Shown here one piece after another: positions 23,437 through 24,023 of a stretch of DNA of 24,023 nt. Location of the stretch: assembly GCA_030141605.1 (NCBI GenBank), contig JAQGDQ010001825.1, positions 1 to 24,023 on the forward strand, in the 5' to 3' direction. The notes under the pieces are model-generated. The model was not told the origin of the DNA. It did no database searches and saw nothing but the letters and a program-made list of their open reading frames with translations. The first letter of the stretch is position 1; each line of letters begins with the position of its first letter. This DNA is from Tubiluchus corallicola. Its lineage: Eukaryota > Animalia > Priapulida. Both the position numbers and the translations under genes were made by a program.

Positions 23437-24023
23437 CTCGGAGGGGGTAAATTGCATCGCAGGTATTTCTTCAGAAATTGAATTTTGTTGTTCAAAAACT
23501 TCGAAAGATAATTTATTCACGTACAAAAGAAATACGAAGTTGAGTGAATTTGTATGATTATAAAATGGGTTTATTATTACTGGAAGCCATCTTAGTTCTT
23601 TTCATTTTTCTTAAGAATTTGATTTTGCAATTCTGTTTTGTATACATTTTAACACATTTAACGAATCACAAAACAACAAAAGTTTTCAATGTTTTATCAG
23701 TGAGACATAGTTTAAAGAAACCAGTACAACAAAAGCTGTACTTCTCATAACGAAAGAAAGGCATCTCACTCGCAATTTGTCTCTCAAACTTATTCATATT
23801 ACGTGACAGCATACAATGCTTCATATACTACAGAATGTATAAAATGAACCGTTTGTGGTGTGTTACAAAATGTTATCTAAACTTGTTTCAAATGACCTGT
23901 CGTGAAAATGGCTGCGTCTAACGGTCATCGCAGGAGTTTAAATTTACATGTTTTATGCAGCGTTACTGCCGATTGAAGTCCTGCACGTAAAAAGGCAGTA
24001 TGTAAGTGATATAAAATTTCAAA

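Overview
AT-rich, repeat-dense eukaryotic genomic DNA, probably from an invertebrate animal. There are no prokaryotic features, RNA genes or CRISPR arrays. Positions ~47-10185 form one giant non-coding inverted repeat resembling a foldback element. Each arm is built from the same ordered modules: (GA)n, unique, 152-bp array, CCTAA/CCAAA pentamers, AT-rich unique, ~127-bp array, unique, ~112-bp array. A non-inverted 57-bp array forms the central spacer, and array copy numbers differ between arms. Positions 11032-21270 carry six + strand exons whose GT-AG boundaries and phases join into one open ~325-aa Q/S/T-rich protein N-terminus. Its motifs (QQILIP, QFLTNAGGQLLA) resemble POU class 6 transcription factors, but no DNA-binding domain lies in the window. 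The introns hold MITEs, dispersed repeats and microsatellites, plus unusual tandem arrays. One is a 37-bp array of self-complementary copies of the exon-4 splice donor. Another is an 11-bp AG-poor array of branch-point-like motifs running into the exon-5 acceptor. A third is a 46-bp minisatellite with ~20 perfect octamer (ATTTGCAT) motifs next to YY1-like cores. All counts were made by eye and are approximate.
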